64,000 nt of DNA from a virus: positions 8,166 to 72,165 of IMG/VR virus record IMGVR_UViG_3300042517_000577. One strand, given 5' to 3'. Below the pieces are notes generated by a model, which worked only from the letters and a program-made list of their open reading frames with translations, ran no database searches and was not told the DNA's origin. Made by a program: the position numbers and the translations under genes. Below are positions 35,879-46,540 of the stretch, in pieces (positions within the stretch are counted from its first letter, which is position 1; every line of letters starts with the position of its first letter).

Positions 35879-36763
35879 ATGAAAGATCCCAAGGGTCCAA
35901 CCAGACCATATAAAACTGCAGAAGAAATTGCCAAGAAGCATAATGTTTCATTGGATTATATCAATAAGCAAGTTGAACTTGGAACTGAAGTTGAGTTCGA
36001 GCATACTACTAGTAAGAAAAATGCAGAAATAACTGCTCTACAGCATTTAGAGGAACTTCCAGATTATTACAGTAGATTAAAAAAGATGGAAAAAAAGAAA
36101 TCTTCAGTCAAAGAATCTTTAGATAATAATAGAGAACTTCTTGCTGGAAAAAGATATTGCTTATTATGCAACAAGCACGAGACAGAATCAGAGTGCTCTT
36201 GGGGTCCTAATATGTGGAAAAAGTATAGCATTGCTTCCATTCATCCAACAAATGAATCTGCAATTTATGAAGATCATAAAGAGATTGCAAGTGGAAAGAA
36301 GAAAGATGAAGAAGGATATATGGCAAGAATTGAATTTGATCAAATTGAAAGGTCAATTAATATTTTAAGAAAATTAGTTAAGAAGGGAGATCAGCAATTA
36401 CCTGCTTGGGTACAATCAAAAATCACTAGAGCAGCAGACTTTATTGATACTGCAGCAGAATATATTTCTAGTGACGAAGATGTATCTGAAGGAAAAACAT
36501 ATTCTCAATTTATGACTGAAGTTGCTGCTTGGCAGAGAAAGGAAGGAAAAAATCCTGAGGGTGGACTTAATGAAAAGGGGAGAAGATCTTATGAAGATGA
36601 AAATCCTGGAAGTGATCTCAAACCACCTCAACCCGAAGGTGGACCACGTAAAAGATCTTTCTGTGCTCGTATGGGAGGAATGCCTGGTCCTATGAAAGAT
36701 GAAAAAGGTAGACCTACTAGAAAAGCACTAGCACTTAGAAAATGGCACTGTGGAAAAAAATAA
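35879..36763 (+). CDS. multi-module hypothetical protein (DUF5661-like, LPAWVQSKIT module, DUF6321-like)
   Basis: VEFEHT..ALQHLEELPDYY; LPAWVQSKIT; AAWQRKEGKNPEGGLN..SFCARM..LRKWHC. Confidence 0.75.
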   Translation: MKDPKGPTRPYKTAEEIAKKHNVSLDYINKQVELGTEVEFEHTTSKKNAEITALQHLEELPDYYSRLKKMEKKKSSVKESLDNNRELLAGKRYCLLCNKHETESECSWGPNMWKKYSIASIHPTNESAIYEDHKEIASGKKKDEEGYMARIEFDQIERSINILRKLVKKGDQQLPAWVQSKITRAADFIDTAAEYISSDEDVSEGKTYSQFMTEVAAWQRKEGKNPEGGLNEKGRRSYEDENPGSDLKPPQPEGGPRKRSFCARMGGMPGPMKDEKGRPTRKALALRKWHCGKK

Positions 36764-36766
36764 ATT

Positions 36767-38419
36767 ATGTCTAGTCAGAATGTATATCTTGGAAACCCTT
36801 TACTAAAAAAGGCAAATACTCCAATTGAATTTAGTGAAGATCAGATTTTAGAATTTGTTAAGTGTAAGAATGATCCCGTATATTTTGCCAAAAACTATAT
36901 TAAAATTGTTACCCTAGACCACGGATTACAACAGTTTAAACCATATAATTTTCAGGAAAATTTAATCAATAATTTCCATAATAATAGATTTAACATTTGT
37001 AAGATGCCTAGACAGACAGGCAAATCTACAACTGTTGTGTCATACTTACTTCATTATGCTCTTTTTAATGACAACGTAAACATTGCTATCCTAGCAAACA
37101 AGGCATCTACTGCTAGAGATTTGCTATCTAGGTTACAGACTGCCTATGAGAACCTTCCAAAGTGGTTACAGCAAGGAATTCTTGCCTGGAACAGGGGTTC
37201 TATGGAACTAGAGAATGGTTCTAAAATTCTTGCAGCATCAACATCAGCGTCTGCTGTTCGAGGTGGTTCTTATAATATCATTTTCTTGGACGAATTTGCG
37301 TTCGTTCAAAATCACTTAGCAGATGATTTCTTTGCGTCTGTTTATCCTACAATTTCTTCAGGTCAATCTACCAAAGTTATAATTGTTTCTACCCCCCACG
37401 GTATGAATCACTTTTATAGACTTTGGCACGATGCTGAACGTGGTAAGAATGAGTACGTTCCAACTGAAGTTCATTGGTCGGAGGTTCCTGGACGAGATTC
37501 AAATTGGAAAGCACAAACAATTGCGAACACATCAGAACAGCAATTTAAAATTGAGTTTGAGTGCGAATTTTTAGGATCGGTAGATACTTTGATTGCCCCA
37601 AGCAAATTGAAGAGTTTGGTATATGATTCTCCAATTAAAAGAAATAAGGGATTAGATATATATTTTGAATCGGAAAAAACTAGAGATTATGTAATTACGG
37701 TAGACGTTGCCAGAGGTGTTGGTAATGATTATTCTGCCTTCGTTGTGTTTGATATAACATCGTTTCCGCATAAAATAGTAGCAAAATACAGGAACAATGA
37801 AATCAAACCAATGCTATTCCCAAGCATCATTCACGAGGTTGCTAAAGCGTACAATAGTGCTTTTGTCCTTTGCGAGGTCAATGATGTCGGAGACCAAGTA
37901 GCTTCTATTTTAAATTATGATCTAGAATATCAAAATGTTTTGATGTGCTCGATGAGAGGTAGAGCAGGTCAAATAGTAGGACAAGGTTTTTCTGGAAAGA
38001 AAACTCAATTAGGTCTTAAGATGTCTAAGACTGTGAAGAAGGTCGGTTGTATGAACCTCAAGACTATGATTGAGGAAGACAAACTAATCTTCAATGACTA
38101 TGAGATCATCAGTGAACTAACTACATTCATTCAGAAACACAACTCATTTGAGGCAGAAGACGGTTGTAATGATGATTTGGCAATGTGCCTAGTGATCTAT
38201 GCTTGGTTGGTCGCACAGGACTATTTCAAAGAACTTACCGATCAAGATGTTAGGAAGAGATTATACGAAGAACAGAAGGAGCAAATAGATCAGGATATGG
38301 CACCGTTTGGATTTATCTTGACTGGAATTGATGATGATAATCAATTTACAGATGCTGATGGGGATTTGTGGAAGGTTGATGAGTATGGAGACAGATCGTT
38401 TATGTGGGAATATAGGTAA
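36767..38419 (+). CDS. gp17: terminase large subunit gp17
   Basis: Walker A PRQTGKST, Walker B IIFLDEFA, VSTPHG, nuclease VDVARG...DDL. Confidence 0.98.
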   Translation: MSSQNVYLGNPLLKKANTPIEFSEDQILEFVKCKNDPVYFAKNYIKIVTLDHGLQQFKPYNFQENLINNFHNNRFNICKMPRQTGKSTTVVSYLLHYALFNDNVNIAILANKASTARDLLSRLQTAYENLPKWLQQGILAWNRGSMELENGSKILAASTSASAVRGGSYNIIFLDEFAFVQNHLADDFFASVYPTISSGQSTKVIIVSTPHGMNHFYRLWHDAERGKNEYVPTEVHWSEVPGRDSNWKAQTIANTSEQQFKIEFECEFLGSVDTLIAPSKLKSLVYDSPIKRNKGLDIYFESEKTRDYVITVDVARGVGNDYSAFVVFDITSFPHKIVAKYRNNEIKPMLFPSIIHEVAKAYNSAFVLCEVNDVGDQVASILNYDLEYQNVLMCSMRGRAGQIVGQGFSGKKTQLGLKMSKTVKKVGCMNLKTMIEEDKLIFNDYEIISELTTFIQKHNSFEAEDGCNDDLAMCLVIYAWLVAQDYFKELTDQDVRKRLYEEQKEQIDQDMAPFGFILTGIDDDNQFTDADGDLWKVDEYGDRSFMWEYR

Positions 38420-38475
38420 AAGGGGAAATTTATAAATACTTTTAGATAAAAAATGAAGCAGTTAGAGGAGTCAAA

Positions 38476-41055
38476 ATGGCTTTAAGCTTATCATCTCCAG
38501 GTATTACAATTAGAGAAGTAGATTTAACTAGAGGTTCAGTTAATGCAACTTCTCCTTTAGCAGCTGGAATTGCAGCACCTTTTGAAAGAGGTCCAGTAGA
38601 AGAAGTTGTAACAATTAGATCTGAGAACGATTTAGTAAATGTCTTTGGATCACCATCAAAGAACGATTATCATTACGAATATTGGTACTCAGCATCAAAT
38701 TTCCTTTCATACGGTGGAAGTCTAAAGGTAGTTAGAGCAGATTCTGACAACCTTAAGAACTCTAATGCCGCAGTTGGTGCTGCTTCAACTAGCACAAAGA
38801 TCAAAAACTTCGAAGATTATCAGAACGCAATTTCATTCAATTCATATTGGATTTCAAAAAACCCAGGATATTGGGCTGATGGGATCAAAGTATGTGTAAT
38901 TGATAATTTTGCCGATCAAACTTTCTCTGGAATTAGCACTGCATCAATTACAGTTGGTGCTGGAATTACACAAGCAATTACTGGAGGACACCTGAAGGGT
39001 ATCGTTTCTGGAATTGGAAACTCTGAGTTCTACGTTAAAGTAACAAATAAAGTTATTGGTGGAGTTGAGACCGATCAGGAATATACTGAAAGGGGAACTT
39101 ATGCCTTCGGCACTACAAATCCAATCTATATCAATGGATCAATTGGAGTTGGAATTACTGCTGTAACACTCACTCGTGCAGGTTTAAGTACATTCTCTGC
39201 TGCATCTGTTGGATCAGGTCAAACTTTAACTACATTAAACGTAGTAGGAACAACAACTGTCGATATGGCAGGATCTGAAGTTTTTGCTTCTGGTAATAGC
39301 ATACTATACGTCCAGAGCAGCACTGGAATTACTGCTTCCAGCTTCTTATTAATTGATAATGAGATAGTTGATGTAACTAATGTTTCTGGTACTGAACTTA
39401 CTGTAACAAGAGGTTCATTTGGAACAGTAGCAGCAAATCATAATGACGGATCTACCATCAAGATTTTAACATCTCTACCCGCAAACGTAACTGCTTCTGC
39501 AGGCATTTCTAGCACTGCGACAAGTTTACAGTTAAACTCACTTGGCAGTGTAAGTGCTGGAGATTATTTAATCAACCCAGCAAGTAATGAGATAATGTCT
39601 GTCACTGGAGTTTCTAACTCCGGAACAATTCAACCATCTACAGTGTCTGATTGGTACAATCAGCAGTATGTTTTAAATACTGCAAATGGTGATAGACAGA
39701 CAATTCTCTGGAAGTCAATTGCTTCTAAGCCAAGGACAAATCAATATGTAACCTCTAGGGGAGGAAGCAACGATGCTATGCACGTTGCCATTATTGATAA
39801 CACAAGAGCATCTAACTTTGCAGGAAATCCACAGCAAATTTTAGAAATCTTCAGAAACTTATCAAAAGCAACTGATGCTGAAGTTAGTCCCTCAGAAAAG
39901 ATTTACTATAAGGATTACCTTGCACTGAACTCCAGATATGTTTATGCAGGTTCTGTAATGGGAACTGATGCTTATTGGGGAGTTTCTGAAGTTGCTTCCA
40001 ATTTCTCTTCAGGATTTACTCCAGTTTCCACAGGAGTAAATGGATGGGGACAAGAATCTAATGAGGTTCATTTCAACTCTGTCGGAAATGTTTCCTTCAC
40101 CATAACAGGTGGTAAAGATTATAGTGGTGAATCAAACATTGGAGGTTTCTCTGCTTCATTAAGTGACATCACAGATGCCCTAGATAAACTCTCCAACCCA
40201 ACTGAAGTAGAACTAAACTTCCTCCTCCAGGGAAGTGCTTCAGGTTCTGTAGAAACAGAACAAGCAAAGGCAAATTATTTAATCTCACTTGCAGAAAATA
40301 GAAAGGATTGCCTGGCATTTATTTCTCCCTACAGATCAGCAACTGTAAATGTTGCGATTGAATCCAATAAACTGAATAATGTTCTTTCGTTCTTCACTCC
40401 ATTATCATCATCCTCATACGCAGTATTTGATTCTGGATATCAATACATCTATGACAGATTTAACAAGCAATATGTTTATATTCCTTGTTCTGCAGATGTT
40501 GCTGGACTTTGTGTAAGAACTGATATTAATCAGTTCCCTTGGTACTCACCAGCAGGAAAGGTTAGAGGAACCTTCAAGAACACTATTAAACTTTCCTACA
40601 ACCCAGATCAAGATGATCGTGATGAACTCTATTCAAACAGAGTAAATCCAGTAATCACCTATCCTGGTTCGGGAACAATTCTCTTCGGAGATAAAACTGC
40701 CCTTGGATACCCTTCAGCATTCGATAGAATTAACGTTCGTAGATTATTCATCACAATCGAACAAGCAATTAGAGGTGCCGCAGACGATCAACTGTTCGAA
40801 TTCAACGATGCCTCAACGAGAGCAAACTTCATCAATATCGTTGAACCATATTTGAGAGACGTTCAAGCAAAGCGTGGAATTACTGATTTCTTACTTGTTT
40901 GTGACGAAACTAACAATACCCCTGCAGTAATTGACAGAAATGAGTTTATTGCAGATATATATGTAAAACCTGCCCGTTCTATCAACTTTATTGGTCTGAC
41001 ATTTGTTGCGACTAGAACTGGTGTTTCGTTTGAAACTGTCGTCGGAACCGTTTAA
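38476..41055 (+). CDS. gp18: tail sheath protein gp18
   Basis: SPGITIREVDLT, PWYSPAG, FDRINVRRLF, KPARSINFI. Confidence 0.97.
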   Translation: MALSLSSPGITIREVDLTRGSVNATSPLAAGIAAPFERGPVEEVVTIRSENDLVNVFGSPSKNDYHYEYWYSASNFLSYGGSLKVVRADSDNLKNSNAAVGAASTSTKIKNFEDYQNAISFNSYWISKNPGYWADGIKVCVIDNFADQTFSGISTASITVGAGITQAITGGHLKGIVSGIGNSEFYVKVTNKVIGGVETDQEYTERGTYAFGTTNPIYINGSIGVGITAVTLTRAGLSTFSAASVGSGQTLTTLNVVGTTTVDMAGSEVFASGNSILYVQSSTGITASSFLLIDNEIVDVTNVSGTELTVTRGSFGTVAANHNDGSTIKILTSLPANVTASAGISSTATSLQLNSLGSVSAGDYLINPASNEIMSVTGVSNSGTIQPSTVSDWYNQQYVLNTANGDRQTILWKSIASKPRTNQYVTSRGGSNDAMHVAIIDNTRASNFAGNPQQILEIFRNLSKATDAEVSPSEKIYYKDYLALNSRYVYAGSVMGTDAYWGVSEVASNFSSGFTPVSTGVNGWGQESNEVHFNSVGNVSFTITGGKDYSGESNIGGFSASLSDITDALDKLSNPTEVELNFLLQGSASGSVETEQAKANYLISLAENRKDCLAFISPYRSATVNVAIESNKLNNVLSFFTPLSSSSYAVFDSGYQYIYDRFNKQYVYIPCSADVAGLCVRTDINQFPWYSPAGKVRGTFKNTIKLSYNPDQDDRDELYSNRVNPVITYPGSGTILFGDKTALGYPSAFDRINVRRLFITIEQAIRGAADDQLFEFNDASTRANFINIVEPYLRDVQAKRGITDFLLVCDETNNTPAVIDRNEFIADIYVKPARSINFIGLTFVATRTGVSFETVVGTV

Positions 41056-41072
41056 TTTAAAGGAGAAGAACA

Positions 41073-41699
41073 ATGCCATCATTTTCAGATAGAACTATTG
41101 ATAGATTTAAAAAACAATTAACTGGTGGAGGTGCTCGCAGTAACTTATTTGAGGTAAGTTTTGGTGATTCATTTGATTCTGGAAAATTTGATTTTCCAGG
41201 AGATATTGGATCTGTAGAGGCATCTCACAACATGTTAATTAAAACTGCGGGACTTCCAGCCTCTACTATCTCAGAAATTCCAGTTCCATTTAGAGGAAGA
41301 ACTCTAAAAATTGCTGGAGACAGAACATTTGACGTTTGGTCAATTACAGTTATCAATGATACTGATTTCAAATGGAGAAATATTTTTGAAAGATGGATGA
41401 ATTATATTGTTAAAGTTTCTGATGGAAGTGGTTCCATTAATCCTAATGACTATCAAGTAAATGCAATAGTATCTCAACTTTCTAGAGGTCCAGGTTCTGC
41501 ATTATCTACAGCAGGAAATACTAATAGCACTAAAATTGAATCTTTAAGATCATATAAACTGTGTGGATTATTCCCAACTAATGTATCTCAAATTGAGCTT
41601 TCTTACAATAATGAAAATGAAATTGAAGAATTCACCGTAGATCTTCAAGTTCAGTGGTGGGAAGCATATGATGGAACTAACTCCGGACAAGTAATCTAA
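41073..41699 (+). CDS. gp19: tail tube protein gp19
   Basis: GGARSNLFEV, VPFRGRTLKIAGDRTFDVW, IEEFTV. Confidence 0.97.
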   Translation: MPSFSDRTIDRFKKQLTGGGARSNLFEVSFGDSFDSGKFDFPGDIGSVEASHNMLIKTAGLPASTISEIPVPFRGRTLKIAGDRTFDVWSITVINDTDFKWRNIFERWMNYIVKVSDGSGSINPNDYQVNAIVSQLSRGPGSALSTAGNTNSTKIESLRSYKLCGLFPTNVSQIELSYNNENEIEEFTVDLQVQWWEAYDGTNSGQVI

Positions 41700-41725
41700 A
41701 TAGTAGTAAGATTTAATTTTATAAT

Positions 41726-43390
41726 ATGACAAGATTATTTGGATTCTCGATAGAGGACGATAATAAATTACCAAAGAATGCAGTCTCCCCCGTCCCCAAA
41801 AATAATGAGGACGGGGCAGATTATTATTTGACTAGTGGTTTTTATGGTCAATATGTAGATATTGAAGGTGTATTCAGAAATGAATACGATTTAATTAAGA
41901 GATACCGTGAGATGGCACTTCACCCAGAGTGTGATAGTGCTATCGAGAACGTTGTGAATGAAGCAATTGTAAGTGATCTAAATGATTCCCCTGTTGAAAT
42001 TGAGCTCAGCAATCTAAATGCTAGTGATGGCCTCAAAAAAATTATTAGAGAAGAGTTTAAGTATATTAAGGATTTACTAGACTTTGATAAGAAGTCTCAC
42101 GAAATATTCAAGAATTGGTACGTTGACGGAAGATTATTATATCACAAAGTAATTGATCTGCAGAAACCTCACGAAGGAATTCAAGATTTACGATACATTG
42201 ATGCACTTAAAACAAGATTTATCAGGCAGCAAAAGAAAGATAAATCTCAAATGAATTTGGGTGGGAATTACCTCAATAATATTGATCCGAGCAATCCCAA
42301 ATCATTCCAAGAACCAGAAATCGACGAGTATTTTATATACTATCCACAGGGAACTATTCAGAAAGTAGGTTCTACTAATAGAGGTATTAAGATCGCAAAG
42401 GATTCGATTACCTATGTAACATCTGGTCTTGTTGATAGGAACAGGCAACTTACTCTATCCTATCTTCATAAAGCAATTAAGTCACTCAATCAATTACGAA
42501 TGATTGAGGATGCTCTTGTAATCTATAGACTATCTCGTGCTCCAGAACGTAGAATTTTCTACATTGATGTGGGCAATCTTCCTAAGGTAAAGGCAGAGCA
42601 ATATCTTCGTGATGTTATGAACAGGTATAGAAATAAACTTGTTTATGATGCTAACACTGGTGAAATGCGTGATGACAAGAAGTTTATGTCTATGATGGAA
42701 GACTTCTGGTTGCCTCGTAGAGAAGGTGGAAGAGGAACTGAAATCACCACACTTCCTGGAGGTCAAAACCTAGGGGAACTCACAGATGTTCAATATTTCC
42801 AAAAGAAACTCTTCAGAGCATTAAATGTTCCGGAATCAAGAACTGCCTCTGATGGTGGGTTCAATTTAGGTAGATCTTCAGAGATCCTACGTGATGAATT
42901 AATGTTTGGTAAGTTTGTAGGAAGATTGAGAAAGAGATTTAGTAATCTGTTTCACGATCTCCTTAAGACACAATTAATTCTAAAGAATATCGTAACTCCA
43001 GAAGATTGGGAGTTGATGAGTGATCATATTCAATATGATTACTTATATGACGGACATTTTTCTGAATTGAAAGATACAGAATTGATGAACGAAAGATTGA
43101 ACTTGATGGTAGCAATTCAACCATATATCGGAACATATTACTCCCAAGATTATGTCAGACGTAAGATACTTCGTCAAACCGACCAAGAGATCGTAGATGA
43201 AAATGAACTGATGAAGAAGGAAATTGACGAAGGATTGTACCCAGATCCAAAACTTGCTCCTCCTATTGGTCCAGATGGGCAACCAATGATCCCTGGTTCA
43301 GATGGGCAAATGCTGGGACAAGTTCCTATGGAACCTCAAGTATCTGCAGACAAGGATATGAAGATAAATGCCAAGGCAGCAGAGATATAA
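41726..43390 (+). CDS. gp20: portal protein gp20
   Basis: RAPERRIFYIDVGNLPKVKAEQYL, EDFWLPRREGGRGTEITTLPGG. Confidence 0.99.
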   Translation: MTRLFGFSIEDDNKLPKNAVSPVPKNNEDGADYYLTSGFYGQYVDIEGVFRNEYDLIKRYREMALHPECDSAIENVVNEAIVSDLNDSPVEIELSNLNASDGLKKIIREEFKYIKDLLDFDKKSHEIFKNWYVDGRLLYHKVIDLQKPHEGIQDLRYIDALKTRFIRQQKKDKSQMNLGGNYLNNIDPSNPKSFQEPEIDEYFIYYPQGTIQKVGSTNRGIKIAKDSITYVTSGLVDRNRQLTLSYLHKAIKSLNQLRMIEDALVIYRLSRAPERRIFYIDVGNLPKVKAEQYLRDVMNRYRNKLVYDANTGEMRDDKKFMSMMEDFWLPRREGGRGTEITTLPGGQNLGELTDVQYFQKKLFRALNVPESRTASDGGFNLGRSSEILRDELMFGKFVGRLRKRFSNLFHDLLKTQLILKNIVTPEDWELMSDHIQYDYLYDGHFSELKDTELMNERLNLMVAIQPYIGTYYSQDYVRRKILRQTDQEIVDENELMKKEIDEGLYPDPKLAPPIGPDGQPMIPGSDGQMLGQVPMEPQVSADKDMKINAKAAEI

Positions 43391-43415
43391 ATAAATTATA
43401 CATTTGAGGTCATTT

Positions 43416-43583
43416 ATGGAATCTAGTCAGGAATTGATGGATATTATTTTATCCGATAATTCGTCAGAAGAAATTTCAGATAAGATAAAAGAAATTCTAT
43501 TCACGAAATCTAGTGAGAATATTGATAGTGTAACCCCATACATTGCTCAATCATTATTCGGAACACAAGTAGAAGAGGAGTGA
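43416..43583 (+). CDS. small acidic protein after portal (gp67-like position; 55 aa, not in track)
   Basis: MESSQELMDIIL...ISDKIKEILF..SSENID..P.IAQSLFG; late promoter TATAAATA and GAGG RBS upstream. Confidence 0.75.
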   Translation: MESSQELMDIILSDNSSEEISDKIKEILFTKSSENIDSVTPYIAQSLFGTQVEEE

Positions 43584-43586
43584 TAA

Positions 43587-44390
43587 GTGGAAGAAATCAA
43601 TGTCGAACTACTTGATTTTTTCAAAGCAGTAAAATCGGAAAAAAAGGAAAAGAAAGATAAGATAGATTCTATCATCGGGAATTCCTTTTTTGAAGATTTT
43701 GTAAAGCCATTATCGGAAGAAGTTAAAGCAAAAGAAACTAAAATTGCTCCAAAAAAATCCAAAAAACCAATTCAAGTAAAGGAAGAAGTTAAAGAGGATT
43801 TAATTGAAAAGTCTTTAGGACTTCTTTCAGAACCTTCAAATACTAAACAACAAAAAGATCCACTTACTCCATTAGACCAAAAGTTCGCAACACTTGATGA
43901 TTTACAAAAACATTACAGTACTTTCCTTTCTCGTATTCAACAACAACTCTCCACATTAGGTGGAGGTGGAGAAACCAGATTAAGATACTTAGATGATATT
44001 GTAGGTATTGCAACTAATTCTGGTGCTTATAATAATAAATTTTTACAGTGGAATTCTATAACAAATAAAGCAGAGTTTGTTGACCCAAATGATGTTGGTG
44101 GAACAACAATAGTCAATATTAGTGGAACTACTAACTACTATCAGGCATCAAATGTTGATGATTATATTGGAGTGAGTGCTGATGTTCCAGTAACAATTGT
44201 ATTGCCACAAATTCCTTCCTATGGTAAGAAGTTAATTGTAAAAGACGAAGGTAATAAAATTGCTACATACAATATAACAGTCCAGGCAGGTGCTGGAACA
44301 AGTGTAGAGAATGATAGTTCAGTTATTATGACTACCAATCATCAAAGTTTTACTTATTTTTACAATGGAAACAATTGGTTCTTAATCTAA
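43587..44390 (+). CDS. hypothetical virion-associated protein
   Basis: RIQQQLSTLGGGGETRLRYLDD, then a fibre-like beta domain ending NGNNWFLI. Confidence 0.75.
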   Translation: MEEINVELLDFFKAVKSEKKEKKDKIDSIIGNSFFEDFVKPLSEEVKAKETKIAPKKSKKPIQVKEEVKEDLIEKSLGLLSEPSNTKQQKDPLTPLDQKFATLDDLQKHYSTFLSRIQQQLSTLGGGGETRLRYLDDIVGIATNSGAYNNKFLQWNSITNKAEFVDPNDVGGTTIVNISGTTNYYQASNVDDYIGVSADVPVTIVLPQIPSYGKKLIVKDEGNKIATYNITVQAGAGTSVENDSSVIMTTNHQSFTYFYNGNNWFLI

Positions 44391-44391
44391 T

Positions 44392-45966
44392 ATGTCTTAT
44401 AATCCCCTTCCACAACCAGCAACTTCTGTAGTTCTTACAGGTGCAGGAACATCAGTAGTAACATTTGATAATCCATTTCCAGTATCTCTTGGAAGTTCTA
44501 GTATTACTATTAATGGTGATATTACTATTCCAGGTATTGTAACAGTTACAAGTACACCAGAAAATCCAATCCATTCTCATTTAGTTGAAGTTGGAACTAG
44601 TGGAACATTAACAACACCATATCTTCCAGTTGGTATTTCAACATTACTGAATACTGTAGGTATTGGAACCACAGGGCAAGTATCAATCAACCTCAATAAT
44701 TCACCAGTTAGCACTACAAATCCATTTCCTGTTACTGGATCAGTTGATATTGAATTACCACCAACAGCAACTGATGCATTTGGTAGACAAAGAATGTCTA
44801 CCCCACTCACACTTTTTGATAGTTCTCACAGATATAGAGACAATAATCTTTGGAGTGGTTTAGTTGTTGGTACTGGTTCAACAGTTGGATTTTCGACAGC
44901 ACAAGGTTTGATTAATATGACTGTTGGTGTTGGAAGCACCGCATCAATCATCAGAGAAACTACAAAAGTATTCTCTTATCAACCAGGAAAATCATTACAG
45001 GTATTGAATACATTTGTAATGAACCCAGCAAAAGCAAATCTTCGTCAAAGAGTAGGATACTTTGGTGCAGATAATGGAATGTATCTAGAACTTGATGGAA
45101 GTAATTTATATTTTGTAGAAAGAACATATGTTCCAGGAATTACAACAGAAACAAGAGTATCACAAGCAAGTTGGAATGTTGATACGATGCTTGGTCCTGG
45201 GCATCTCAATCCATCTGGTGTCACATTAGATATTTCCAAAGCACAAATTATGTGGATGGATATTGAATGGTTGGGACTTGGAACGGTAAGACTAGGATTT
45301 GTAGTTGATGGTAAGTTTATTCACTGCCACTCATTCCATCACGCAAATCTTATCAATACAACTTATATCACAACAGCATCATTACCTTTGAGATATGAGA
45401 TTGCAAATACTGGAATTACAACGAGTGCGAGCACATTAAAACAAGTTTGTTCCACTGTAATTTCAGAGGGTGGTTATGAACTTCGTGGATTGCAACAAGC
45501 AATAGGAACACCAGTTCAAACACCAGTTGATTTAACAACGGCAGGAACATATTATACAGTCGCATCAATTCGTCTTAAAGCAATACCAAATAGATTAGAT
45601 GCAATCGTAATTCTAACTGCACTTTCTATTTTAGGTATTACAAACAATGCAACTTATAATTGGCAAGTAAGAGCAAGTGGAACATCTAATGGTGGAACTT
45701 GGTCTGATGCTGGTCTCGATAGTGCTGTTGAATATAAGATTGGTGGAGGAACTTATACTGGTGGAAGAATACTAGCATCTGGATATACATATGGTTCCAA
45801 TCAAGGTTCAACATCAGTAGATATTCTCAAGGAGGCATTATTTAAGTTCCAGTTGGAAAGAGATGCACTAACTGGGACACCCTATGAACTTTCTATCGTA
45901 TGTGCCTCTGATGCTAATGGTGCAGATATTCACGCATCTATGGACTGGGAAGAAATTAGTAGGTAA
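44392..45966 (+). CDS. hypothetical virion structural protein
   Basis: DAFGRQRMSTP.TLFDS, YQPGKS, DIEWLGLG.VR.GF, ends MDWEEI; beta-rich. Confidence 0.75.
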   Translation: MSYNPLPQPATSVVLTGAGTSVVTFDNPFPVSLGSSSITINGDITIPGIVTVTSTPENPIHSHLVEVGTSGTLTTPYLPVGISTLLNTVGIGTTGQVSINLNNSPVSTTNPFPVTGSVDIELPPTATDAFGRQRMSTPLTLFDSSHRYRDNNLWSGLVVGTGSTVGFSTAQGLINMTVGVGSTASIIRETTKVFSYQPGKSLQVLNTFVMNPAKANLRQRVGYFGADNGMYLELDGSNLYFVERTYVPGITTETRVSQASWNVDTMLGPGHLNPSGVTLDISKAQIMWMDIEWLGLGTVRLGFVVDGKFIHCHSFHHANLINTTYITTASLPLRYEIANTGITTSASTLKQVCSTVISEGGYELRGLQQAIGTPVQTPVDLTTAGTYYTVASIRLKAIPNRLDAIVILTALSILGITNNATYNWQVRASGTSNGGTWSDAGLDSAVEYKIGGGTYTGGRILASGYTYGSNQGSTSVDILKEALFKFQLERDALTGTPYELSIVCASDANGADIHASMDWEEISR

Positions 45967-46007
45967 TTTAGGATTTACTAAATACTTAATATTGTCAAAT
46001 TATAAGA

Positions 46008-46538
46008 ATGTCATACAAAATAGTGCAAACAATTGCACCATTAACTGGTGTCACAACTGGATCAGCATCAACTAGTGATGCCATTTCACTGAAAAGTGGT
46101 GTTTTGAGAATTTCAACTTCTGCAGCAAATGCAAATGTTGCTATTGGAACTGCGCCAACTGCAACCTCATCAGATTTTCATATTGTAACTTCTCAACCAG
46201 AAGTCCTGAAGGAAAGAGTTGCTAGACAGCAAATTTCAGGTATTACAACTGGAGCAACCACTATAGTTCTATTCGGAGAAAACTACGGAAATCCATTTGT
46301 AGTTGGGGATTATGTATCGATAGAAGGTGCAACTACATCTGGTATCAACACCTCGCACGTAGCAGTAACTGCAAAGACTGATGGGTCAATTACCATTAAT
46401 CACGACTCATCTTCAGTAGTTGGAGTAATTACAGTAACAGGTGCGGTAGTTGCAAGAAGTGTAAAAGTTTCTGCCTTGGGTCAAGGTGGAACTGCGAATG
46501 TCTTTATTTCAGAAGTACAAATCTCATCCCAGGCATAA
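46008..46538 (+). CDS. conserved hypothetical structural protein upstream of gp21
   Basis: S/T/V/G-rich; late promoter CTAAATA upstream; ends ISEVQ. Confidence 0.8.
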   Translation: MSYKIVQTIAPLTGVTTGSASTSDAISLKSGVLRISTSAANANVAIGTAPTATSSDFHIVTSQPEVLKERVARQQISGITTGATTIVLFGENYGNPFVVGDYVSIEGATTSGINTSHVAVTAKTDGSITINHDSSSVVGVITVTGAVVARSVKVSALGQGGTANVFISEVQISSQA

Positions 46539-46540
46539 AA

